A stretch of 64,000 nucleotides of DNA. Source: Acutalibacteraceae bacterium (GTDB lineage Bacteria > Bacillota > Clostridia > Oscillospirales > Acutalibacteraceae). Shown here one piece after another: positions 9,961-18,046 of this stretch. Position numbers and translations under genes: made by a program. The notes beneath the pieces were generated by a model that saw nothing but the letters and a program-made list of their open reading frames with translations, did no database searches and was not told the DNA's origin. Numbering within the stretch: the first letter of the stretch is position 1; every line of letters begins with the position of its first letter. The stretch covers positions 17,691 through 81,690 of the forward strand of contig JAZRNV010000089.1 of NCBI GenBank assembly GCA_045648425.1, given 5' to 3'.

Positions 9961-9989
9961 TTGAAAGATATCACATATGGTGATATAAT
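9961..9989 (+). promoter_or_regulatory. sigma-A type promoter with extended -10 for the zinc-ribbon genes
   Basis: TTGAAA (9961..9966), a 17-nt spacer ending in TGA, then TATAAT (9984..9989). RBS AAAGGAG precedes the ATG at 10009. Confidence 0.65.
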
Positions 9990-10008
9990 TTCATAAAGGA
10001 GTGATGTT

Positions 10009-10533
10009 ATGCGTTATTGTCCTAACTGTCAAACACAATTTGATGACAGTATGGTTTTCTGCTCTAATTGCGGAACTGCCCTTGTGCAGCAAGCTCAACC
10101 CAACTATTATCAACAGCCGCAACCGCAACCCGGGGTCATTTATCCTCAACCGGTGCCCGTCGATCACACAAAGCCCTCAAAGGCAAGAACCATCGTGGGT
10201 ATGATTATGTCTTTATGCGGTCTTGAAGGCGGTGCTGTCTCGTTAATATTGTTTATGTGGCTTGGCTTTTTCGGCGCATTGTTTCAGCTTATAGACGGTT
10301 CTACGGAAGGTCAAATTGTAATGTCGGGCCTTTCTACCTTCTACAGCGTATTCTTCGCCATTTTTTCTCTTCCCTTCAGCATTATAGGTTTGACCATGTC
10401 TAAAAGATCTATAGCTATGGGCAGCCAGTCCAAAATGTGCAAGGTCGGTCGTATTACCGGTATTATCGGCTTAATAATCACCATTGTTCCTGTTGTTATC
10501 AGTTTCTTATCTTTGGTACCTTATATGGCATAA
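10009..10533 (+). CDS. zinc-ribbon membrane protein (N-terminal CxxC-x11-CxxC, Q/P-rich linker, about 3 TM helices)
   Basis: 174 aa. CPNCQTQFDDSMVFCSNCG, then a QQPQPQPG linker, then hydrophobic helices. The membrane part is clearly paralogous to the next gene (IVGMI..., MSK...G...MC..G.I.G.IGLI). Confidence 0.7.
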   Translation: MRYCPNCQTQFDDSMVFCSNCGTALVQQAQPNYYQQPQPQPGVIYPQPVPVDHTKPSKARTIVGMIMSLCGLEGGAVSLILFMWLGFFGALFQLIDGSTEGQIVMSGLSTFYSVFFAIFSLPFSIIGLTMSKRSIAMGSQSKMCKVGRITGIIGLIITIVPVVISFLSLVPYMA

Positions 10534-10573
10534 GGCACCCTAAAAATATCAATTATAAAAAGGAGATATAGTT

Positions 10574-11356
10574 ATGTTTGTTTGTCCTAATTGTAACGCC
10601 ACCTCAGAAACACCCGCAAAGTTTTGCACTGTTTGCGGAACCGCTATGGTAGAGGCAGCTCCTGCTGAGCCCGCCGCTCCCGCTTATGAGGCACCTGCCG
10701 CTCCTGCTTACGAGGCACCTGCTGCTCCTGCTTATGAGGCACCCGCTGCTCCTGCTTACGAGGCACCTGCTGCTCCTGCTTACGAGGCACCTGCCGCTCC
10801 TGCTTATGAGGCACCTGCCGCTCCTGCTTACGAGGCACCTGTTCAGCCCCAGTATCAGCAGCCCGTTTATCAGCAGCCCGTTCAGCCCCAGTATCAGCAA
10901 CCCGTTTATCAGCCCCAGTATCAGCAGCCCGTTTATCAGCAGCCCGCTGAAAACGCAAACAAGCCCTCTCTCGCCAAGAGCATTGTAGGCATGATTCTTG
11001 CCATTGTCGGCGCTTTCTTCTGCTTTTTCACCATTATTTTTGCTCTTGTTTCTTTGGGCTCTGAAGAATATGCTTTTTCAGTTATGTCTATGGTTTACGG
11101 CATAATAGGTTTGCCCCTTTCAATCGTTGGCTTTGCTATGTCTAAAAGCGCAAAAAATGCCGGCGCCACCAATGGTATGTGCTCTGCCGGTAAAATCGTA
11201 GGTCTTATCGGTCTTATAGTTAACGCTGTGGCCATGTTCCTCAGCGTTGTCGGTATCGCCATCGGTCTAGATTATGGCTATTTTGATGACGATTACGATT
11301 ATGATGATTACGACGATTATTACGATTACGACGACGACTACTACGATTATTATTAA
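10574..11356 (+). CDS. zinc-ribbon membrane protein with tandem-repeat linker and Asp/Tyr-only C-terminal tail
   Basis: 260 aa. CPNCNATSETPAKFCTVCG, 7 x (A/E)PAAPAYE, Q/P/Y repeats, about 3 TM helices, then DYGYFDDDYDYDDYDDYYDYDDDYYDYY. RBS AAAGGAG. Confidence 0.75.
   Translation: MFVCPNCNATSETPAKFCTVCGTAMVEAAPAEPAAPAYEAPAAPAYEAPAAPAYEAPAAPAYEAPAAPAYEAPAAPAYEAPAAPAYEAPVQPQYQQPVYQQPVQPQYQQPVYQPQYQQPVYQQPAENANKPSLAKSIVGMILAIVGAFFCFFTIIFALVSLGSEEYAFSVMSMVYGIIGLPLSIVGFAMSKSAKNAGATNGMCSAGKIVGLIGLIVNAVAMFLSVVGIAIGLDYGYFDDDYDYDDYDDYYDYDDDYYDYY
10667..10834 (+). repeat. in-frame 24-bp tandem repeat, 7 units, encoding (A/E)PAAPAYE
   Basis: Read directly: the units GCACCTGCYGCTCCTGCTTAYGAG differ only at third codon positions. 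Confidence 0.95.
10835..10945 (+). repeat. in-frame degenerate repeat encoding (V)QPQYQQPVYQ(QP) units
   Basis: Read directly from the translation APVQPQYQQPVYQQPVQPQYQQPVYQPQYQQPVYQQP. Confidence 0.9.
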
Positions 11357-11373
11357 TTAACTGATTTAATTAA

Positions 11374-11412
11374 ACACCGCGATTTCGCTTTTGCGTTATC
11401 GCGGTGTTTTTT
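11374..11412 (+). terminator. rho-independent terminator after the zinc-ribbon gene pair
   Basis: ACACCGCGAT (11374..11383) pairs with ATCGCGGTGT (11398..11407), followed by TTTTTT. Confidence 0.8.
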
Positions 11413-11494
11413 AGCGCTTATTTGCTTGACTTTTGACGTGTTAAATTTTATAATAATTATGATTATTATAAAAGCAAGTGGGTATTAGTAAAAT

Positions 11495-13414
11495 ATGAAC
11501 TTTGTAAAAATTCTTAATCAAAACCGTGATGCCCTTACGGCCACAAAAAAAGATTTTAAAGCTGTTTTTGAAATTATGTTTTCTCACCGAGATTTGAATG
11601 CTTGTGAAGAAAATGACGGCTTCAGAATTAAAAAGCACACCTATGGCCAGGCATACGATGCAATACTTAAAGCTGCCAACGCCCTCAAAAGCAGAGTCGG
11701 TGTTAAGCATCAGTATATCGCAGTGGAAATTGAAAACTCTTACAATTGGATTATTGCCTTTTGGGCTGCCCTTGTAAGCGGCAACAAGCCCTATCTTGTC
11801 AACACCAGATACCCCGAAAGCTTAACAAACGCCATATTAAAAACGCTCGATATAAAATACTCACTGTGCGTCGGCGGTTCCCGACTTGAGGTTGAAGGCA
11901 TTGACGTCACCGCCCTTTCGTCCCAAACCCCATGCGGACTTGAGGATATGGAGGATGAAATCGCCTTTTCATCCTCTGCAACATCTATGAATGAGGTTGT
12001 CTGCTTTTATTCGGGTTTTCAGGTTGCGGAACAGGTTTTAAACTTCGACTCTATTATCAAAGAGTGCCCTCGAATGGTAAAAACCCATAAGGGTCAAATC
12101 AAGCATCTGGCATTTTTGCCCTTCTATCACGTGTTTGGCCTGTTTGCCGTTTACTTTTGGTTTTCTTTTGTTGGCGCAACAATGGTCTTTTTGCGCGATT
12201 ACTCTGCCGACACAATTCTTAAAACCTGCCGCCGTCATCAGGTAACCCACATCTTTGCCGTGCCAATGCTGTGGCATACGGTAGAGCAAAAGGTGCTCAA
12301 ATCGGTAAATGAGTTGGGTGAAAAGCAGGAAAAGAAATTTATTAAAGGGCTAAAAGCAATGACCCGTTTGCAAAACGCCTTTCCGAACATTGGCCCCGAA
12401 ATTGCTAAAAAGGTGCTGTCTAAGGTTACAAACAAGCTGTTTGGCCCTTCGATTATCTTTTGCATTAACGGCGGCAGCTATCTGAGAAGCAGTGCTGCAG
12501 AACTGCTAAACGGCTTGGGCTACAGCATCCACAACGGATACGGAATGAGCGAAATCGGCATCACTTCGGTTGATTTGCGCGTTAAACCAAAGCATTTAAA
12601 TCAAAACTCCATCGGTCGACCCTTTGATGCAGTAGAATACAAAATCGATGAAAACGGCGTGCTTTTGGTCAAAGGCACCACCCTTTGCACCAAAAAGCTT
12701 GTTAACGGGCAAGAAAGAACTGTTGACGGCTGGTTTAACACCGATGACAACATGACTGAAAAGGACGGGTACTATTTCATTTATGGCCGTCAAAGCGATA
12801 TCGTTATAGGAGACAACGGCGAAAACATCAATCCCGACCGCGTGGAGCAAGTGTTCAGCATTCCTGCCGCCAAAGCCCTGTCGGTATTGGGCCTGCCTAA
12901 AGACAACGGCGAAGAGCTGTCGATGATCGTTCAGATAAGTCCCTATCTTAACAGCGCACAGATAAACGAAATCAAAAAGCAGGTGTATGACATCAACTCC
13001 ACCCTGCCTCACGTGTCTGCTGTAAGAAGGTTTTACTTTACCACCGACCCGATTATGTCGGAAAATGCAATTAAAGTCAGCCGCAAGCAGCTGATGGATT
13101 TTATCAAGCGCGGTGTGGTTAAGCTGACCGATTTTGAACAATCGGCCTCCCCTGTCAGCGGCGACGAAACAGGCAAGCCATTGTCGGCGCTGGAGATTGA
13201 GGTGGCAAAAATCATTGCCGAAAATCTCGGCATTGATGCTGCCGCCGTCACACCCGAGGCACATATCTTTTTTGACCTGGGCGGCTCAAGCATTCAGTAT
13301 TTCTCTATACTGACCGCCATTTCCGAAAAATTCGGAATGGAAGGATACAATCAAGGAGATACCTATTGCTATACCCTTAAGGATATTTGCGAATATATAG
13401 AAAGACGTTTATGA
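11495..13414 (+). CDS. ANL-superfamily (AMP-binding) adenylase fused to a C-terminal carrier (PP-binding) domain; acyl-carrier-protein synthetase-like
   Basis: 639 aa. Motifs NGYGMSE (A5), YGRQSDIVIGDNGENINP (A8) and a late Lys (IKVSRKQL). The C-terminal FFDLGGSSIQYFSIL is a carrier-domain motif. The P-loop-like A3 motif is degenerate (SSSATSMNE). Confidence 0.7.
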   Translation: MNFVKILNQNRDALTATKKDFKAVFEIMFSHRDLNACEENDGFRIKKHTYGQAYDAILKAANALKSRVGVKHQYIAVEIENSYNWIIAFWAALVSGNKPYLVNTRYPESLTNAILKTLDIKYSLCVGGSRLEVEGIDVTALSSQTPCGLEDMEDEIAFSSSATSMNEVVCFYSGFQVAEQVLNFDSIIKECPRMVKTHKGQIKHLAFLPFYHVFGLFAVYFWFSFVGATMVFLRDYSADTILKTCRRHQVTHIFAVPMLWHTVEQKVLKSVNELGEKQEKKFIKGLKAMTRLQNAFPNIGPEIAKKVLSKVTNKLFGPSIIFCINGGSYLRSSAAELLNGLGYSIHNGYGMSEIGITSVDLRVKPKHLNQNSIGRPFDAVEYKIDENGVLLVKGTTLCTKKLVNGQERTVDGWFNTDDNMTEKDGYYFIYGRQSDIVIGDNGENINPDRVEQVFSIPAAKALSVLGLPKDNGEELSMIVQISPYLNSAQINEIKKQVYDINSTLPHVSAVRRFYFTTDPIMSENAIKVSRKQLMDFIKRGVVKLTDFEQSASPVSGDETGKPLSALEIEVAKIIAENLGIDAAAVTPEAHIFFDLGGSSIQYFSILTAISEKFGMEGYNQGDTYCYTLKDICEYIERRL

Positions 13415-13417
13415 TAT

Positions 13418-14059
13418 ATGTTTAAAAACAAGGTTATTGTAAATTTATTTGTGGGGTTCGTAAAACTGACAGGTTTGCCTGCCGCCTGGGTGTTTTTTAA
13501 GCCCAAGGTGTTTTATATGGGCAAACGCACTTCTTTGCCCAAGCCCTGCATTGTTGTTTCAAACCACAAATCCTTAATGGATTTTGTGCTATACCTTTTG
13601 ATATTTCCCTTCAGAACCATACGCTTTCTGATGGCTGAGGTGCTTTTTAACAAAGGCAAGCTGTTTGGCAAGTTTTTGCACGCTATCGGCGGCATAAAGG
13701 TTGACCGTGATGCTCACAGCTTTGACTTTGTGTCTGACGCTTTGCAGGTGCTTGACGAGGGCGGCACGGTAGGCATTTTTCCCGAAGGAAGATTGCCCAT
13801 TGGCGGAAAGCCCTGGCCCTTCACCCCAAGCACCGCCTTCATTGCAATGCATACCGACGCACCTATTGTTCCCGTTTATACCGACGGCAACTATGGTCTT
13901 TTCAAACGCACAAAGGTAATGATTGGCGAAAAAATACACCTTGGTGATTACTGTGACCCCTCTTTGTCACAAGAAGAACAAATCAAGGCATTGACCGAGC
14001 TGCTGGAAAGCAAGGTTTATGCCCTAAAAGACGAATTGACAAAAAGGACAGAAAAATAA
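13418..14059 (+). CDS. PlsC-family (lysophospholipid/glycerol-phosphate) acyltransferase
   Basis: 213 aa. N-terminal hydrophobic segment, HX4D motif NHKSLMD, and FPEGR. Confidence 0.8.
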   Translation: MFKNKVIVNLFVGFVKLTGLPAAWVFFKPKVFYMGKRTSLPKPCIVVSNHKSLMDFVLYLLIFPFRTIRFLMAEVLFNKGKLFGKFLHAIGGIKVDRDAHSFDFVSDALQVLDEGGTVGIFPEGRLPIGGKPWPFTPSTAFIAMHTDAPIVPVYTDGNYGLFKRTKVMIGEKIHLGDYCDPSLSQEEQIKALTELLESKVYALKDELTKRTEK

Positions 14060-14712
14060 TGCCAGACATCAAAAAACAATCGAGTCATAAGCTTTTTAGC
14101 TTTAAAACCATTCCTATGGATATGGCGCGGCTGGTCTGCAGTCCGTTGCCTCTTATATTCCGTCTGCAAAGGGTTGACACCGCAGGCAACAAATACACAA
14201 AAAAGCACAAAGGCGGTTTTATTTTGGCCGCCAACCACACCAGCTTTGCCGACCCCTTCTTGGCAGGAACCGCTATCTGGTACCGCCGCTCCTTCATCCT
14301 GGCAGCCGAGGTTGTAATGAGAAATTGGTGGCGCTCTTTTCTGCTTAAAGGTGTGGGGTGCATAAAAATCGACCGCAACGTGGCAGATATTGAAGCCATC
14401 AAAAAATCGGTGCAGGTGCTCAAGGATGGCTATGTGCTGACCATCTTCCCCCAAGGGGGCATTGATGTTGACGGCAATAATCAGCTGAAATCGGGCGCAG
14501 TGCTGATGGCATTACAGGCAGGCGTGCCTATTTTGCCCATACATATTCACAAGCGGCAAGGCAAGCTTGGCAAACGCAAGGTTGTTTTTGGTGATATGAT
14601 ATATCCCGGCGAAATGTGCACAAAAAAATTTCCGTCCACCAAGGATATTGAGGGCATAACCCAACGCCTGACAGAAGAAATGAACAGATGCAAAGATGCA
14701 ATAAAGGAGTAA
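14059..14712 (+). CDS. second PlsC-family acyltransferase
   Basis: 217 aa. HX4D motif NHTSFAD and FPQGG. Its start shares base 14059 with the previous stop. Confidence 0.8.
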   Translation: MPDIKKQSSHKLFSFKTIPMDMARLVCSPLPLIFRLQRVDTAGNKYTKKHKGGFILAANHTSFADPFLAGTAIWYRRSFILAAEVVMRNWWRSFLLKGVGCIKIDRNVADIEAIKKSVQVLKDGYVLTIFPQGGIDVDGNNQLKSGAVLMALQAGVPILPIHIHKRQGKLGKRKVVFGDMIYPGEMCTKKFPSTKDIEGITQRLTEEMNRCKDAIKE

Positions 14713-14715
14713 ATT

Positions 14716-14952
14716 ATGAGTACTTTCGAAAGATTGGTTGAAGTTTTTAAAGCGGTTTTTGACGGCGAAGTAGATATCAGCAAGCTCACCGTGGATGCCA
14801 ACCTGCGTGAGGATGTAGGTATGAACTCTATCGGTATGCTTTATATGGCCATGGCTCTTGAAGAAGAGTTTGAGGTAAAATTTACCAACGAAGATTTTAT
14901 CTCCATCGCCACCGTAAAGGACGTTATCTCCTGCATTGAAGGCAAGCTGTAA
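14716..14952 (+). CDS. stand-alone acyl/peptidyl carrier protein
   Basis: 78 aa and acidic. EDVGMNSIGMLYMAMALEEEF places a Ser where phosphopantetheine normally attaches. Confidence 0.75.
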   Translation: MSTFERLVEVFKAVFDGEVDISKLTVDANLREDVGMNSIGMLYMAMALEEEFEVKFTNEDFISIATVKDVISCIEGKL

Positions 14953-14954
14953 TT

Positions 14955-15362
14955 ATGGAATGGATTTCAGCCGAGCCCAAATTTGGGGATATTATAAGAA
15001 CTAAGGTCAGCTTTTATTATCACTATGGCATTTTTGCAGACCCCCAAACTGTCATTCAGTTCGGGTTGCCTGACGATGTCAACCGACCTGCCGATCAAAT
15101 TAAGGTGCTTACCAGCGATATTTACGCTTTTTTGATGGGCGGCGAGCTTGAGGTCGGCAAAATGAGTCGCGCCGAGGTTAAAAAAAGCCGCAGCGCCAAA
15201 GAGATAGTAGACATTGCCCTCTCCCGTCTGGGCGAAGGCGGCTATCACATCTTTCATAACAACTGTGAGCATTTTGTTTATGAATGTGCCTTTAATGAGA
15301 AAAAATCTGAATTTGTAAGCTCAGTCAGAGATTCTATCAGAAAGAAACTGGGCAAAAAATAA
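14955..15362 (+). CDS. LRAT/PLAAT (H-RAS-like suppressor, NlpC/P60-related) family thiol acyltransferase/phospholipase-like protein
   Basis: 135 aa. Conserved His box YYHYGIF (His23) and NCEHF box (HNNCEHFVYE, Cys104, codon 15264..15266). Confidence 0.7.
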   Translation: MEWISAEPKFGDIIRTKVSFYYHYGIFADPQTVIQFGLPDDVNRPADQIKVLTSDIYAFLMGGELEVGKMSRAEVKKSRSAKEIVDIALSRLGEGGYHIFHNNCEHFVYECAFNEKKSEFVSSVRDSIRKKLGKK

Positions 15363-15380
15363 AAAAGGAGGTGCCACGGT

Positions 15381-16055
15381 ATGTGGATTGTTTGGACGCT
15401 ACTTGGAATTATTGCCGCTATTGTGGCGCTTATAATCTTTTTGCCCGTCTATATCATCATCAAAACCGATGAGGACGGACAGCTTGTTATTTTATATAAA
15501 ATTCTTTTCAAAACCTTTGGCGAGCATCCTGACCCTAATAATCCCCTTTTGAAGGCCATCAAAAAATCGGTGGGCCTGACGATTTTTGATAAAAAGCAAA
15601 AAACTACCGAAGGCGGAGCATCCTCAGAGAGCGACCTTCCCGGCTTTATTTTTACCGTTAAGGATATGTTCCGCGTTTTAGGCACCTTGCTTTTAGAGGT
15701 TAAAAATTTGCTGAAGCACTGCACCGTTAAAAAACTGCACATCACCGCCGTTTGTGCAGGTGAGGATGCAGCAGAGGCCGCTATCAACTACGGTCAGCTT
15801 TGCACGATTATATACCCATTCATCGGACTGGTGCATTCGGCCATGAAGGTAAAAAGAAAAGCGAAAAATCTTGATATACGCTGTGATTACAACGCAACCG
15901 AAGAAATTTTTCGCTTTAATTCTCTTATTTCTGTAAGATTGGGCACAGTGCTTGTTGCCTTCTTTAAGGTATCTTACAAGGAAGCAATGCACAATGTAGA
16001 GGTTTTGAAAGAGCAGGATCGTTTGAGAGAAGCGCAAAATCAAAACAAAAAGTAA
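15381..16055 (+). CDS. membrane-anchored protein of unknown function (possibly DUF2953-like)
   Basis: 224 aa with one N-terminal TM helix (MWIVWTLLGIIAAIVALIIFLPVYII). RBS AAAGGAGG. The family call is from memory and weak. Confidence 0.35.
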   Translation: MWIVWTLLGIIAAIVALIIFLPVYIIIKTDEDGQLVILYKILFKTFGEHPDPNNPLLKAIKKSVGLTIFDKKQKTTEGGASSESDLPGFIFTVKDMFRVLGTLLLEVKNLLKHCTVKKLHITAVCAGEDAAEAAINYGQLCTIIYPFIGLVHSAMKVKRKAKNLDIRCDYNATEEIFRFNSLISVRLGTVLVAFFKVSYKEAMHNVEVLKEQDRLREAQNQNKK

Positions 16056-17030
16056 TCAATTCTCAAAAAATTCAAATATGGCCTTCAGGCATTCCTCTAT
16101 CACTTGGCTTTCCCCCGAAAAGAGGTTGTGCCCTGCTTCTACGATTTTTACTCTGCAATCGGGGCAACCCTTGGCAAAGGGAATGTGATAAGAGGTTTTA
16201 ACAACAGTATCATCGGTTGCTGTTATAAGCAGCATGGGTATTGTAAGCGCCTTTAAGAAAGAACGTTTCATCATTTTTGGACGCATTTTGAGAGTCTCAT
16301 AAACCCATCCGTTGGATAATGGCGTGGTTTGATACATCGGCTCCTTACGCCGCCAATCCATATTATAATCAAAACGCTTGCGGCTGTTGTGCTCTTTTTC
16401 CTTAAACTCGGGGTTAGGATCAAACTCCTTGGCGTATCTGTAACGGGCTTTGTAGCCCTGAAAAAATCCGCACACACCTGTGCCGTTTCGTGCAAGCCAA
16501 GGTGGAACCCCATTAAGCTCCGGCTCGATGAGAGGAGACGAAAGCACGGCCTTTTTGATTTTGTGCTTGTAGCTTTTAAGATAAAGCGCAGTAACCGCGC
16601 CACCCATTGAGTGAGAAAAAATATAAAGGGGCTTTTGAGTAACCTTTTGCACCACCCCGGTAATAAAGGCATTAAGGTCGTCGGCATAATCTTTAAATCT
16701 GTCCACGTGAAGCAGAGTTATATCCTCTGCCATTCGGCAGGAAAGTCCGTGGCTGCGTTGGTCATAAACAAACACATCGTAGCCAAAGTTTAAAAAGTAA
16801 TATACCGTTTCGTTGAATTTTTTTGTAAACTCACTTAAACCGTGAACAATAATAATAGCGCCCTTGCTCGATGGTTGGGTAAAATACTCGTAATAAAACT
16901 TTTTACCGTCAAAGGTCTCAAAGAAGCCGTTAGTCATACACTGCGCGATGGTCTCCTCAGCCATTGGCATTTTGACTGCAAAATCTTCTTCACTAAAAAC
17001 GTCAAGCGTGTGGGTGGGGTTAAAGTTCAT
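16056..17030 (-). CDS. alpha/beta hydrolase, lysophospholipase/monoacylglycerol-lipase-like
   Basis: HGLSEF oxyanion region and GXSXG elbow SHSMGG. The ORF track extends to 17090, but the ATG at 17030 (MNFNPTHTL) has an AGAGG RBS. Its stop abuts the stop of the convergent gene with zero spacer. Confidence 0.7.
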   Translation of the reverse strand: MNFNPTHTLDVFSEEDFAVKMPMAEETIAQCMTNGFFETFDGKKFYYEYFTQPSSKGAIIIVHGLSEFTKKFNETVYYFLNFGYDVFVYDQRSHGLSCRMAEDITLLHVDRFKDYADDLNAFITGVVQKVTQKPLYIFSHSMGGAVTALYLKSYKHKIKKAVLSSPLIEPELNGVPPWLARNGTGVCGFFQGYKARYRYAKEFDPNPEFKEKEHNSRKRFDYNMDWRRKEPMYQTTPLSNGWVYETLKMRPKMMKRSFLKALTIPMLLITATDDTVVKTSYHIPFAKGCPDCRVKIVEAGHNLFSGESQVIEECLKAIFEFFEN

Positions 17031-17080
17031 TTTTAATACCTCTGCCTTCAGACTAAAATTTAATTCAGGTGGTGATAATA

Positions 17081-18028
17081 ATGTTATCAAACAAAAAAGC
17101 TACGCTAAAAAAGGTTTTGATAATTATTATCGCCCTGGTGTTAATATTCACTGCTGTTTCTATGGCGGCCACAAAATTTATCTATGACGGCATATTTGCA
17201 CGCTATGATAAAGCTCTGCAAGTGCCGGATGAATTGGGGCAAATGGTTGACAGCAGACAAAAAATCAGTTATAATTCCGGAGATAACCTTTTAACCGGTT
17301 ATCTTTATATTTGTGACGGCCCCAATAAAAAAGACGGGCTTGTTGTGCTGGCTCCCGGCTTCAGAGCGGGTGCCGACAGCTATCTCTGCCAGATCGACAG
17401 CTTGCTTAATTACGGTTGGTCGGTGTTTGCCTTTGACCCTACGGGCAGCTTCGGCTCAGAGGGTGAATCCTGCATCGGGTTTTCTCAAGAACTGCTGGAC
17501 CTCGAAGCCACCCTTGACCATATCGAGCAAAAGGGACGTTACGGTTTTGAGCATCTGGCTATATTAGGTCACAGTCGCGGCGGTTATGCGGCCTGCTGCG
17601 CCTTAAGAAGCAAGCACAATATATCTGCAGTTGTTTCGGTAAGCGGTATAAACAGCGCCATGGACGGCATTATTGAGCCGTCAGCCGATAAGGTAGGCGC
17701 CCTGGCCTACGGTAACTACGGCTTTTTATGGCTTTACCAGGCAGTGCTGTTTGGCACCGACACGGTCAACGTCAAGGCCTGCGAAGAGATTAACAAATCG
17801 GATACTCCCGTGCTGATTGTTCACGGCAGTAACGACCAACAGGTTTCGCGCGACAAGCACTCGGTTATAGCTCACAAGGAATGCATAACAGCACCTGATA
17901 CCGAGTATTATATTTGCTCCAAATCGGGGCAAAACGGTCACACCAGCTTGCTTTTTGACGGTGAGGAAGGTGCCAACGAGCAGCTGATGAAACGTATAAA
18001 CGAATTTTTTGAATGTAAAATGAACTAA
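17081..18028 (+). CDS. membrane-anchored alpha/beta hydrolase
   Basis: N-terminal TM (KKVLIIIIALVLIFTAVSMAA), GXSXG elbow GHSRGG, HGSNDQ and a late GH. The ATG at 17081 is preceded by AGGTGG (the ORF track starts at GTG 17069). Confidence 0.7.
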   Translation: MLSNKKATLKKVLIIIIALVLIFTAVSMAATKFIYDGIFARYDKALQVPDELGQMVDSRQKISYNSGDNLLTGYLYICDGPNKKDGLVVLAPGFRAGADSYLCQIDSLLNYGWSVFAFDPTGSFGSEGESCIGFSQELLDLEATLDHIEQKGRYGFEHLAILGHSRGGYAACCALRSKHNISAVVSVSGINSAMDGIIEPSADKVGALAYGNYGFLWLYQAVLFGTDTVNVKACEEINKSDTPVLIVHGSNDQQVSRDKHSVIAHKECITAPDTEYYICSKSGQNGHTSLLFDGEEGANEQLMKRINEFFECKMN

Positions 18029-18046
18029 AACAATTTGGGGGTAAAA

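Noticed and set aside
9918-9964. Two mini-ORFs (MSF-stop at 9918..9929; MFFAIFS-stop at 9941..9964), each with TAAGGAG 7 nt upstream
   Set aside because: They are striking RBS matches. However, they lie upstream of, or overlapping, the best promoter for the zinc-ribbon gene, and I could not find a well-spaced promoter to transcribe them. They are too short to evaluate, so I treat them as chance. Conservation of the peptide in relatives would revive the idea of a leader peptide.
10667-10945. Possible CRISPR-like or satellite repeat array
   Set aside because: The repeats are directly abutting with no spacers, are in frame within a CDS, and vary only at synonymous sites. No cas genes are nearby.
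10604-10988. Three overlapping ORFs (98, 104 and 100 aa) with monotonous RS/LL or QE/RK repeats
   Set aside because: They are alternative-frame or antisense readings of the 24-bp tandem repeat inside the zinc-ribbon gene. The sense frame has a start, an RBS and a paralog.
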